Source: Sphyrna mokarran (Eukaryota). From it: a stretch of DNA of 64,000 nucleotides. Each line of letters starts with the position of its first letter. Position 1 is the first letter of the stretch. The notes below the pieces were generated by a model, which had not been told where the DNA came from, searched no databases, and saw only the letters and a list, made by a program, of their open reading frames with translations. Position numbers and translations under genes: made by a program. The stretch covers positions 1,488,001-1,552,000 of the forward strand of contig JAGIQG010000043.1 of the NCBI GenBank assembly GCA_024679065.1. The letters are read 5' to 3'. Below are positions 39,356 through 51,936 of this stretch, one piece after another.

Positions 39356-39899
39356 AAAACATATCAATTCTATGTACTCTAAGAGCAGTATGTTTCTTTC
39401 TGCTTCGCGCACAGGAAAGAAAAAATACTTTGCACTGTATCCCACTATATGAGATAATAATAATTCAAATCGGATCAAGTCAAATTCTACCCATAGTTGA
39501 AATAAGTTTTTGGATGAATGAAATGAGTACATGAGGATTAATGTATCAATCTTAAACGTAAAAGACGTGTCTTCACAGTCCATTTGCAATATCTGCGAGA
39601 GTTCAGAAGAATAAGGGACAATCTTATAAAGGCTTGTAAAATGCTAACACGACTGGACTGGGTCGATGCAGGGAGGATGTTCAAAGGGCAAACAATAGTG
39701 TTGCCAATTCAACGTGCTGTTTTTGAATTTGGCTCGAATACTTTAACTAAGGCACATAGAATATAAGAGGAGGAGGAGGCTACTCGTCCCTTACAAACTG
39801 CCCTGATATTCGTGACTATCTTGCCTTATCCTCCAACTCAATAGCCTAACTTCGCCACTTCTTGAATACATTCAATGTTTTGTTATCAACTACTTCCTG

Positions 39900-40330
39900 T
39901 GGCTGAGTTTAGAAGGCTGAGGGGTGTTCTTACAGAGGCATATAAGATAATGAAGAGGCTGGATAGGGCTGAGGTACACAGATTATTTCCATTTAGAAAG
40001 GAAACCAGAACTAGAAGGCACAGCCTCAAAATAAGGGGTGGGGGAAGGAAGGAGGAGAGGTTGAGTATAGAACAGAGTTGAGGAGCAACTTCTCTCACAG
40101 GGTAGTGAATTTCTGGAATTCTTTGCCCATTGAAGTGGTGGAGTCTACCTCATTGAATATGTTTACATCACGGGTAGATAGATTTCTGATCGATAAGGGA
40201 ATTAAGGATTATGGGGAGCAGGCGGGTAAGTGGAGCTGATCCACTTCAGAACAGCCATGATCTTATTGAATGGCGGGGCAGACTCGAGGAGCTAGATGGC
40301 CTACTCGTGTTCCTATTTTTTATGTTTTTA
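39900..40330 (+). mobile_element. CR1 3' fragment, same family as 5320-6042
   Basis: EFRRLRGVLTEAYKIMKRLDR; shared 3' UTR. Confidence 0.85.
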
Positions 40331-40389
40331 TCTAAAGAAATCCCACAGGCTCACCATTTTGGGTGAAGAAATGTCTCCTGACCTCCGTC

Positions 40390-40920
40390 CCTCATGGTGT
40401 ATCCGGAATCACAAAAGGAAGTCTGACAACACTTAGTTTATTTCCGAGAGATTTATTTGATAGTAAACTCACAAGCTTTCGAGGTTATCTTCTTCGTCAG
40501 GTGAATGCTTTGTTCTGGTCTCAAACAGCACATATAACTGCACAGACTATTTACAGTTTACTGATTAGAATGTGAATCTTTACACCTAACCTGCTATTCA
40601 AGTCTTAAAGTGACCAACAGTGTGAGCTCAGATAAAAAGATGCATATTTTCTCTAGACAGCACAGTAAGTGAAGTTTTTGCTAACCCAGGCAAGTCACGT
40701 GGGTTACAGATAGTGTGGCATGAACCCAAGATCCCTGTTGAGACTGTCCGCATGAGTGCAGACCTTGGCTATCAGTCTCTGTTCAGTGACTCTGCGCTGT
40801 CGAGTGTCACAAAGGCCACCTTAGAGAATGCTTACCCGAAGCTACATTCTACCTGGGGTAAACACTGTCAGACTTGTGTTTATTCCAGTTCCACGCCGGT
40901 ATCTGTACATCATGACTATC
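40390..40920. mobile_element. Penelope-like element remnant
   Basis: Homologous to 12480-12865, with extra internal sequence. Confidence 0.5.
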
Positions 40921-41138
40921 CGGAATCCTCAGATTGTTGACACCTGGCTCTGGACTTCCTCGCCATCGGGAACATGCTCCCTGCATCCAGCGAATCCTGT
41001 CGCTTTGGAATTTCATAAGTCATTATGGGATTGTCCCTTATTCTTCTGAACTCCAGTCCTTAATTCCACTTTCAAAGCACACGCATTCACTTCAAATGTG
41101 TTTTTGTTAATTCGCTGAAGAAACACCAGAAACAACGC

Positions 41139-42882
41139 CAGTCATAGACAGCAGTGGGAAGTTGTGCGTGGAGCCTGAAGAGATTGGTGAGGCACTAAAT
41201 AAATATTTCTCTTCGGTATTCACGCAGAGTGCTGGAAATGTAGCTATGGAGAACACTGAGGTACAGGGTTGCAAATTGGGAAGTATTGTAGTAGATAGGG
41301 AGGATGTGCTAGAAATTCTCGGGGGTTTGAAGTTGGATAAGTCCCCTGGGCCGGACGGGATTTACCCTAGGAGTCTCTGGGAGGCAAGAGAGGAGATTGC
41401 AGAGCCTCTGGCTCTGATCTTCAGGTCCTCGTTGGTTACGGGTGTGGTTCCGGAGGACTGGATGATAGCGAATGTGGTCCCATTGTTTAAGAAGGGGAAG
41501 AGAGACCTTCCTGGGAATTATAGGCCAGTGAGTCTTACTTCTGTTGTGGGCAAGGTATTGGAGAGAATTATTAGGGATAGGATTTATAGTTATTTAGAGA
41601 GAAATGAATTGATTTGGGATAGTCAGCATGGTTTCGTGAAGGGTAGGTCATGCCTTACTAACCTCATTGAGTTTTTTGAGAAAGTGACCAGAGAGGTGGA
41701 TGGGGGTAAGGCGGTTGATGTAGTATATATGGACTTTAGTAAGGCGTTTGATAAGGTGGCCCATGGAAGACTTCTACAGAAAATGCAGATGTGTGGAATA
41801 GAGGGTGATTAGCTAATTGGATTAGGAATTGGCTAGCAGATAGAAGACAGAGGGTGGTGGTTGATGGGAGATATTCATCGTGGAGTTCGGTTACAAGTGG
41901 TGTACCTCAGGGGTCTGTTTTTGGGCCCCTGCTGTTTGTAATTTTTATAAATGATCTGGATGAGGGTATTGAAGGATGGATTAGTAAATTTGCAGATGAC
42001 ACTAAAGTCGGTGGAGTGGTAGATGTGAAGAGGGGTGTTATAGTTTGCAGAGAGACTTGGACAAGTTGCAGAGCTGGGCCGAGAGGTGGCAAATGGAGTT
42101 TAATGTGGAAAAGTGTGAGGTAATGCACTTTGGCAGGAACAATAAATTTGTAGAGTATAGGGCTAATGGTAGGGCTCTTAATAGTGTTGAGGAACAGAAG
42201 GATCTTGGTGTATGTGTCAATAGATCCCTGAAAGTAGGCAGTCAAGTGGATAAAGTTGTTAAGAAGGCATATGGAGTCTTAGCTTGTATTGGTAGGGGGA
42301 TTGAATTTAGGAGCCGCAGCATCATGTTGCAACTGTACAAAACTCTAGTGCGGCCGCACTTGGAGTATTGTGTGCAGTTTCTGGTCGCCACATTATAAGA
42401 AAGATGTGGAGGCATTGGAGAGGGTACAGAGGAGGTTTACCAGGATGTTGCCTGGTATGGAGGGCAGGTCCTATGAAGAGAGGTTGAAGGATTTGAGGTT
42501 GTTTTCGTTAGAAAGGAGGCGGCTAAGAGGGGATCTTATTGAAGCATATAGATGATTAGAGGTTTAGATAGGGTGGACAGTGATAGCCTTTTTCCTAGGA
42601 TGGAGAAAGCTAGCACGAGGGGACACAGCTTTAAATTAAGGGGTATGAGTTATAGGACGGATATCAGAGGTAGGTTCTTTACTCAAAGAGTGATTAGGGA
42701 GTGGAATGCCCTGCCTGCAGCTGTTGTAGATGCGCCAAGTTTGGTGGCGTTTAAGAGGTTAATTGATAAGTATATGGAAGAGAAGGGAATGGTTTAGTTT
42801 GGAGGGGCATTGCTTTTTATTTTGGTCGGCACAACATCGAAGGCCGAAGGGCCTGTTCTGTGCTGTAATGTTCTATGTTCTA
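41139..42882 (+). mobile_element. Young 5'-truncated CR1 LINE, subfamily B
   Basis: Frameshifted ORFs 41162-42797 spanning the RT; (TTCTATG)n tail. Confidence 0.97.
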
Positions 42883-43809
42883 TAAACACATTGAGTCTGA
42901 ACCTTTAAAGAAACTGGAATCACACAACTTAACTGATATTCAAATCGTGTTTTAATGTCTTTCTTTCGGCTTTGTCCATACATTGTGTAAATTGCAGTGT
43001 GGAATTGTAAACACCGACATTGGAAATTAGAAACTTGAAATTAGAAAGACTCATGTTGAACTGCAAGCAATATTTAATTGTAGAATTGTGGGCATGAGGG
43101 CAGCATGGTTGGGCACCACTGCACAAATTGAGGAGGAAATCTGCCTGAAGTTGGAAGTTCAAATCTGCGTGTGCAATAACAGCCAAAGTTTCGACGCACC
43201 AGGTATCCAGGAATCACGCAGCAAGCCTTCCATCTTTCTTCTCCAGTTAAAGTGTTGGATGCTCGTTGAAGGCCAGACGAGCATAAAATGTCTATGGATG
43301 AAAAGTAATATGTTAGTGTGTTAAACTTTGCAATGTGTAGCACGGCGGTTAGCCAGTGGGTAGCTTTACAGCCCCAGGGACCCGGGTGTTATTTTGGTCT
43401 TCTGTGACTATGTGCAATTTGCAATTTCTCCCCGTGTCTGTATGGGTTTCATCCAGGCGCTCTGGTTTCCTCCCACAATGCAAAGTTGTGCAGGTTAAGT
43501 TGATTGCTCATGCTAACTTGACCCGTAATGTCAGCGGGATTTACAGGGCAATGACACGGAAAGGAGCTGCTGGAATAGGTATTGGTACACGCTCGATGGG
43601 CCAAATATCCTCTTTCTGCACTCTCAGGATGTATTGATTCTACGAATGTAATATGCACAATTATTATACGGATAAGTGAGGCTGTTGAACGAACATAAAC
43701 TTACAATCACGATGGTGCCGAAGAGGGCATTCAGCCCGTTGAGTCAGCAATGATTGTGGCAGAGAATCTAATCGATTCCCTTCTCTCGCCTATGCTCATT
43801 TCCTCATGC

Positions 43810-44190
43810 TTTTCTACCATGGCTAATCTACCCAACATACATATCTATAGCAATTAATGGGCAATTTAAAGTGGCTTATCCACCTGTTTTACACAACTTT
43901 AGACACTCCGGGGCATGATAGTGCTGCTATTCGATCTTAGAGGCCAAGGGGTGAATAGCGTGGTCAATCATTCTAACCTACACATCTTTTCACACTAAGG
44001 GTCAAAGTACGTGGCTAATCCATCTAAACTACACATTTGTGGACCTGAGGGAAAATTTGCCATGGCCAGTCGAACTGAATTGCACATCTTTAGATACTAA
44101 TGGGCAAGTTAGCATGGCTAAAGCATCTAACCTGCATATCTTCGGACATTAAGTGAAATTTGGCATGGCCAATTCACTTTGCCAGTACAT
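43810..44190 (-). repeat. Degenerate SINE-derived tandem array (about 52-bp units)
   Basis: Repeated CATGGCTAATC.ACCTAACCTGCACATCTTT.GACACTAAGGGGCAATTTAG-like units. Confidence 0.75.
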
Positions 44191-45830
44191 TCGGCCCATT
44201 GAGTTTGCAACAACTCATCATAAGAGACCATAACCTTATGACCCCATGTGTTTACCCAATCTATCAATCTGGGCACAATGAAGGCAATTTAGTACAGTCA
44301 GTTGTGGGACGAAATCAAAACACCCATTGACACAGGTAGAATGTGTGAACTCGACATAAACAGTTATCCAAGACCATGTCTCTGGAGCTCCGAATTAGCA
44401 GCACTAAACACTGTGTCACCATGCCATCATGGCTGACATATGGTTTAGCTCGCATGCAGCCATCTAATATCCCACAGGCCATGGCATTATAATCCTTAAT
44501 TCACTCCAGAACAATAAAATATCCATATCAGTTCTGAAAGTTCCAATGGACCACTTCCTCCATCCAAACTTTTTAGTTGGGATTATTCCAGAATTTCACT
44601 TCTCCTTGTGTGAAGAAGTGCTTCTTGACCTCACCTGTGGATGTTTTGGCTGCCATTTTTATTGTCTGCCTCATTGTCTGGATTCCCTGTCCTATCAATT
44701 CGTGTAATTATTTACAGCATCTAAATGAAATTACTCCTAAATCTTCAATCCAGGAGATTGTACAAACCTAGTGTGTGTTTTGTTGCAATTAACACTACAC
44801 AAATCATTATGTACAATAAAACATATGATTTTAAAATATTTGTGAAAAAAAAAGATTTATGCAGATTGAAATATCAAAATGACAGATGAGTGCCAAATTA
44901 AAATTAACCCTGAAAATTGAGAAATAATACAGTTCAGAAGGAGTAATTTGACGGCGAGGTGCTCAATGAATGCCATGATTCTCGGAAGTTCTGAGAGAAA
45001 AAAAAAATACTATGGTCTGTCTGTGCACAGATCTCTGAAAGAGGAGTGGCATTTAACAAGGTGGTGAAAGAGGCATACGGTCACTTGTTTTCATCGGTCG
45101 AAGCATAGATCACGAAAGCATAGAAATCATGTAGGATCTGTGTAGAACTTTGCTCAGATCACAGCTAGACTAAAGGGCACTGTTTTTGTCACCACAGTAT
45201 AGTAAGAATGTGATTGTACTGGTAAGGGTGCAGAGGGGATTCTCCGGCATGTTGCCTGAGATGGTACATTGAAGAGAGATTGGGTAGATCTATATTGTTT
45301 TCTTGGAACACAGAAGACTGAGCAGCGACCTGATAGAGGTGTACAAGATTCTGAGGGACGTGGACGGAGAGAACAGCTATTCCCCATAGCTGAAGGATCA
45401 ATCAAGAGGGGACATAGATTCAAATTGAAGGCTGGAGGTTTAGGGGACATGAGAAAAAAAAACGTCTTTTTACTCAGAGATGGTGACAATCTGGAATGTG
45501 TTGCCTGGGAGGGTGGTAGAGGCGGGTTGCTGCACATCATGTAAAAACTACTGGATGGGAACTGCATACATCCTAATGTTCAGGTCAAGTACTGGTACAT
45601 GGAATTCGGAGAGATTTTAAATGTTTCTAATGCGTCAGTGCAGACTTGATGGGCCGAATGGCCTCTTCTGCTCTGTGTGATTCTACTATTTTGTGAAACT
45701 CAACAGATATTTTTAAACTTGCTGATGTTTGCGACTATTTCTTCTTTGTATCATGAATTCTGAACCTTGGGTTAAAGATTTCTGAAAAAAAAATCATGTT
45801 GTAATGGCAAAAGTAATTCCCTTCATTCAC

Positions 45831-45889
45831 CTCTTCATTCCGTTTCGGTTCTCTGGAACCTGACAGTTCCTCAGCACTACGCGCGGTCC
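45831..45889 (-). CDS. Gene 2 cytoplasmic exon (GTARSAEELSGSREPKRNEE)
   Basis: tcttctttctaacag| ... |gtgaat; phase 1 to 0. Confidence 0.7.
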
Positions 45890-48800
45890 CTGTTAGAAAG
45901 AAGAGATTAAATGGCCACATTTTACACTAAACCCGCTGAAGGTGTCAACAGTGATGTTCAAATGGACGGATTGAGAGAGAGAAAAGCTAAAGTGCCTTCC
46001 AACTTTATCTACCTCTCTGCCGGTTCCCGCAGCCCCTTCTCCTGGCCACCAGAACTAGTCCCAGAAGGAGAAGTGTCACGACCATCAAAGCACCGGAAAT
46101 CAGGAAAATGCATTTGGTCGGAAGTGGAGAATCTGCAAAATGAAGCATAATTTTCAGTTAAAACACGGAATTCTGGAAATGATTAAATAAATAGAGAATT
46201 TGTCAACTCTACCTGCCTGATTTGACCCAAAATCAGGAATGGGTTTGTCTATTGTACTATCGTTTATTCGAGCAGATTTAACACGTTTTCAACAGTGTAC
46301 GGGACGGCATGGTGGGGAGGGGGAGGCGCGCGGGATCGTCGAATGAAAGAGAGAGAGAGAGAGATAATTGACAGAGTTCTTATAGGCAACATTTAGAATA
46401 GAAAAGATATAAATGAATAGATAGCTTGACAGAAGGAGAGATCCGTCGTTGTAACATTAGAATGTTCAAACACAACTCAAGTAGAGAGATTGACGGAGCA
46501 GGGCCTATGCAGAACTGTTCTATTTGAATGGAAAAAAAAACAAACAGAAACAATTAGAGAAACGATCATTGCGTGAAATTGAGACAGATCCACGAAATAT
46601 GGAGAGAAAACGTGGGTGTTTAGATGGAGCACAATGTAACTGAGACAGAAAAAAAATGGTTATGGATATTGAGGAAAACAATTGAAAGAGGCAGAGAGAA
46701 AGAGAATGGGCGAGCGCGCGAGAGAGGGAGACAGACAGTGAGGCGTCAAAACAGACTGAAGTAGAGAATTGAATGATCACACTACATTAATCACAGAACC
46801 CTACAGTGCACAAAAAGGCCCTTCAGCCCATCGAAACTGCACCGAAGACAAACCCATCCAGGCCCTACCCCCATATCCCACTCACTAATACCTGCAACGT
46901 ATGCATCTCAGGACACTAAGGGTGGATTTCAGCATGGCTAATCAATCTAACCCGCACGTCTTTGGATGGTGGGAGGAAACCGGAGCACCCAGAGGAAACC
47001 AGCAGAGACACCAAGAGAATGTGCAAACTTCACACAGACGGGAATCGACCCAGGTCCCTGGAGCTGTGAAACAGCATCGCTAACCACTGTGCTACCACGC
47101 TGCCCACGGTAAGAGAGAATTGTACGGAGAGTGAAAGGGGGAAAGTGAGAAACAAAGAAGTACACAAATACAAGAGAGAGAGGAGAGGGAGAGAGAGAGG
47201 CACGGAAAAAAAAGATTATACTGCATTAGGGGAGAATTGCATGCTACGGAGTGAGAGAAAGGGAGGGATACAGAGTGAGACAAAGAGAACAAAAGAGAGA
47301 TAGAGACAAAGACAAAGCGGAAGAGAATGTTCCTATGCACAAAGAAGTAAAGAGCGGTTTGACAGAATGAGATAGTCATTGATAATACTGAAATTTGTGA
47401 TCAGAGAGACGAATAGAAACACGGACAGAGAAGATCTGAAAGAAAATTGCACAGCTGGATAGATATGGAGAAACAGATCGGTAGAGAACGATCCCATCAA
47501 AGATATACGGAAAAAGAGAGAAAAAACAATCATAGGTCAATAGATGAATGTGAAAAGATATGATCGATATTTAAATGGAGAACCATGTAACTCAGAGAGG
47601 GATTACTAGAGTATTCAAAAAAAAAACGGGATGGGAGAGTGAGAGGGAGAGACATATCTAGACAGACAGACAGACAGAGATAGAGACAGGGAAACGGAGA
47701 ACGAGATAGAAGGGGAAGAAAAAAGAGAGAAAGGGAGAGACGTAGAGAGTGAGATAAGAAGGCATTCTGACCGAGAAAAAATAGCTTAAACTGTGCTGGG
47801 GCATAACTACATCGATTGAGAGGGAAGAAAAAATAGAGAAATGGATGGGTCATCAATAGTACAAAGATAAAAGGGTAGGCAATTAAAGAATATAGAATAT
47901 AGAACGTAGAACACTATGGCACAAACAAACCTCTGGCCCACTAGCTGCACCGATCATACCTACACCTGCTAAGTCATTGAACTATCTGTAACTACCAATC
48001 CCATTTAATCCCATGTAGTCATCCAGAAGTCCTTTAAAAGACCCCAGCGAGTTCACCTCCACCACAACCAACGGCAGCCGATTCCGTTCATTCATCACCC
48101 TCTGTGTGAAAAAGAAACTTACCCCTAGTTTCGTATCAAAGTGTTATATTGAGTCGGAGAGAAGTAGGAATATGAAAGGATTTGTAAGTGATTATACAAT
48201 GGCACGCTCGTATAAAGTGCCTCTGGGAAGGTACTCAGGCTTTTCAATTTTACAAACAGCCAAACAGTCACTAACCCCCAACTTTGGCCTAGTCAGGCAG
48301 CAGAACACAATCAATAGAAACAGCATGATGTCACTTCGCACCTTGCAGGAGGCTCAGCCATGCAGTAACATCATGCTAAACTTCTACAAAATTTCCAAAT
48401 CCTCGCCCGTCCAATCAATTCATTAATCGAACGCTCTCTAACCGACTTGAGTTCCACAACTTGCAGGAGTACAGAAAAAGAGGTATATTTTCAGAAAACG
48501 AAATAATGAACCTTTGAGAGGCCTGTGAAAGATTAATGATTAATTCTCTACATAGGACTATAGAATTGCAGATAGTGCAGAAGAAGGTCATTCGGCCCAT
48601 CAACCATGTAGTGACAATAATCCCACCAAGACTCTATAATTCCATAATACCACCAGATCAAACCTGCTAATTCTGCATTACCCCGCTGACGCTAAGGGAC
48701 AACTTACTGTGGCCAATCCAACCAAATTGCATGTCTGTGAATACTAAGGCACAATTTAGCATGCGCAATCCACCTAACCTGCTCATCATTTGAATCTGGG

Positions 48801-51800
48801 AGAAAACCGGAACACCCGGAGGGATCCTCGTAGACACGGGAGAACGTGTAGTCTCCACACAAACATTGTGGAACTGAGTCTCTTGCGCTGTGAAGCAGCA
48901 ATGCTAGCTACTGGACTATGGTGCCTCCAATTTCCATGGAGACAATCAGAAATCGGGGAACTTGTAATTTACAAGGGTAGGCCTCAATAAAGCCTCACTT
49001 CAGCACTGAGTATAATTATGAATGGTCTTACGAACATCTACCTCTCTGAGCTGAGACACTTGCACTCAAAGGATGATCATCAGTGTTGTTCCCAACGATG
49101 CAACTACAGCGAGCGCCGCTGCTCCAAGTTTCCTTCCGGAGGGTGATGTAGCTGCTGACGGTGTAGGTCCCATCCGGTTCTATTGTCCAGGAATCGATTT
49201 GCCTCTCGGTATCCCGGCCGGCAACACTCCAGCTGACCGGAGAGGAATCGGGAGACAGGCCTCGAACCAAACATAACAACGGGATCCCTTTCATGGTGTG
49301 AATCTCATCCAGCGGCGGAGTGAGGAGGAATATGTTGGGAGAACCCTCTAAATCCGGCAAACAAAAAGAGAACATATGAAGTCGGATATGTTGCAGTGTT
49401 AATGAGGCAATTTGTGACACTAATGAATCAACTTTTAATCCGCAGTGGTTGGAACAGCAAACATTTTAAATGATATCCGTTTGTCATTGCAATGGATAAA
49501 ATGAAAATGTGTACCTGTAATCACTAACTTGGAGCCGTTTCCGAATATTATTGCACCAGTTTGGAAATTGTGCATTGCGCAGTAATACATTCCAGAGTCG
49601 GTTTTCCGGGTGCCCTCAATGATCAGTGAGTAATTATCCTCTTTGTCAGAAATCTCACTGGAAAATCTCCCCGCCGCCGGGCGATGCTTGCTTGCGGTGT
49701 AAACCAGCTTTGTGTCACTGTGCTCTCGCTGTCTGTGCCACAATACGAAGCTTGTACCTGAGGCCTGGATGTGACAGCTGAGTTTAGCACGACTCCCTGC
49801 CGGGAGTGTCTGAACTGGAGGAGACTGGGACACGATGGATTGAGACACTGAAACTGGGAAAGAGAGAGAAAACAAGCATCATGTCAGAAAATAGTGCATC
49901 CCCCCTCCATCACCGCCCAACGAAGATACAATGATAGGATTCTTCTTTCTCAATTAACATCGCGCTGATTGTGGAGTCGAGCGCGCTATAATAAGGCTCA
50001 TTCTTAGGGTGGAATCCGACTCCATATTCCCGTAATTGTGGTTGAAATTCTCGAGTCGGCGAATAGGAACTGTTGTTTTTGTTACTATTCATTCACGAGA
50101 CATGGGGGGTATCGCTGACTGGCTAGCATTTATTGCCAATCTCAGGTCCCCTTGGAGGGCAGTTGAGATTCAATCACATTGCTATAGCTGTGGATTCACA
50201 TGGGTGACAGTTTTCCTTGTCTAAAACAGATTACGGAACCAGCTTTTCTTTTTCCGACAATGGGGAATGGTTTAATTATCATCAGAAAATACGTAGTTCC
50301 AGCTATTTGTGAAGATAATACATTAAATAACTTCTGCAAAGGAACATTTTTCAGCTAATATTTTCTCTCATCTATATTTCGTTTCTTCTTCTCCGATAAC
50401 TGTGCAGTTAACGTTTATTCAGAGTTGACGATTTAGTTTAATGTTCTAATTGAAACCCCCTCCCCACACGCAGTCTCCAATTGCCCATATTGCCGATGGA
50501 GATAATTCACATCTTTTATCCCTGGGCAGATGACTTTGAACCCGGGTCCTGGCTTCAATTCGCTTTTGGGCGATTGTTGTGTGCAGTTTGCGCGTTTTCC
50601 CCGTATCTGTTTGGGCTTCTTCCAGCGTGCTCCGGTTTTCTCTGACAGTCCAAAGATATATGGGTGACATTGATTAGCCATGTTAAATTATCTCTCTGTG
50701 TCTCAAAACGTGTATGCTAGGTAGATTGACCATACTAATTGCCTCGTAAAGTCCAAAAATGCATGGATTCGGTGGATTGGCTATGCAAAATTGCCTCGCA
50801 GCATCATAAGATGTGTAGGTTTGGTGGATTGGGTATGCTAAATTGTCCTTTAGTTTCTTGAAATGTGTACAGTAATTAAATTGTCCATATTCAATTTCTC
50901 CTCAGTGTCAGAGGACGTATGCGTTCGGCGGATTGGTCATGTTAAATTGAACCTTAGTGTCCAAAGGTGTCCATGTTCAGTGGCTTGATCGTGCTACATC
51001 GCCATTAGTGTCCAAAAATGTGCAGGCTAGGTAGATTAGCCCCGCTAAGTTGCCCCTGAGTGTCCAAGGATTTGTAGGTGAGGGAGATTGGCCAGGCTAA
51101 CATATGTAAATCTACTAGTGAATGCGAGAGTATCACGGTAAGTACATTTTGTTTTGGGATGGACTTGCTGTCAGTGCAGGCTCGATGGGCCGACTGTGTT
51201 AGATTAATTGGCCATGCTAAGAAATTGCGCCTTAGTGTCCAGTGTTGCTAAGGTTAGAGGGATTAGTGGATATAATATGTCAGGATATGGGAGTAGGATT
51301 ATGGGTGAGATTACATTCGGTGAAGACTCGATGGGCCGAAGGTCCTCTTTCTGAAGTGTAGGGTCCTATGTTTCTAATAGTCTATTTATAAACTGTAGGC
51401 ATTCTCTGATTCAAAATCTCATTATTTCCGATTCATTAATTATTATTGATTGACACACAATATTTACCCATCGTTAAGTATCTAAATTTAGTTTTCAGTT
51501 AAGCATGTGTGCCAAATTATAAATTATATCACTGCACAGCACAGTTGGAGCCAGTTCACCTCTCGCGTTCTTTGGCAAACTTATCTAATTAAATCCCATC
51601 TATGCTGTCTTGTTTCCTCTATATCTCTGCAATTTTCGTCCCCTTGAAGAATTTATCCAACTCCTACTTTTGAAAGTTCTTACTGAATCTCCTTCCACAT
51701 CCTTTCAAGTAACGCCTTCAATATCACAATAATGTATCTAAGATAATTCTTTCTGTCTGTCAATATGTCACTTGTATTGATTTTCTTCAAAGTGTGTCTC

Positions 51801-51936
51801 TCTAGTTACTGAGTCTCAGTGGAAATAACATCTCCTTATTTACTGTATCGAGATCTTTACTCACGCCACCTGAAGTTATCAAGGATATCTCACCCTGGAA
51901 GAGATGGAACAATGCATAGACACCGAGGAAAGTCAT
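45831..51936 (-). CDS. Non-rearranging VJ-C1-TM immunoglobulin-superfamily receptor, gene 2 (3' end unresolved)
   Basis: Exons 51936-51894, 49853-49515, 49347-49042, 46132-46013, 45889-45831; GT-AG and phase-compatible, 867 nt open; terminal exon not fixed. Confidence 0.82.
46013..46132 (-). CDS. Gene 2 stalk/transmembrane exon (DSPLPTKCIFLISGALMVVTLLLLGLVLVARRRGCGNRQR)
   Basis: ttcattttgcag| 120 nt |gtagat; hydrophobic span followed by RRR. Confidence 0.85.
46340..47860. repeat. GA-rich low-complexity tract interrupted by a SINE (about 46790-47105)
   Basis: Strong purine skew on the + strand. Confidence 0.8.
49042..49347 (-). CDS. Gene 2 C1-set Ig exon
   Basis: SPNIFLLTPP..PLLCLVRGL..VSWSV..EPDGTYTVSSYITL..ETWSSGARCSCIV. 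Confidence 0.9.
49515..49853 (-). CDS. Gene 2 germline-joined VJ Ig exon
   Basis: VSQSP..AKLSC..LWHRQ..YSLII..DSGMYYCAM..IFGNGSKLVIT; tttcccag| and |gtacac. Confidence 0.93.
50545..51190 (+). repeat. HE1-type SINE with expanded tandem array (about 52-bp units, about 9 copies)
   Basis: Same unit as 27455-28165. Confidence 0.8.
51894..51936 (-). CDS. Gene 2 leader exon (MTFLGVYALFHLFQ)
   Basis: ACAATGA start, hydrophobic core, phase-1 donor G|gtgaga; joins to VSVSQS. Confidence 0.75.

Noticed and set aside
45714-45781. Acceptor at 45782 as the gene 2 terminal exon
   Set aside because: It would need an intron of about 49 nt, shorter than typical vertebrate introns
46520-47856. Hydrophobic Phe/Leu/Ser-rich ORFs as TM exons
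   Set aside because: Products of the GA/TC low-complexity tract; the supported TM exon is 46013-46132
48275-48330. MLFLLIVFCCLTRPKLG as a gene 2 TM or a leader
   Set aside because: An in-frame stop lies upstream, there is no phase-compatible acceptor, and no V exon follows
31126-49875. Calling the Ig exons rearranging TCR or Ig light-chain segments
   Set aside because: V and J lie in one exon without RSS, and TM plus cytoplasmic exons lacking TCR charged residues follow
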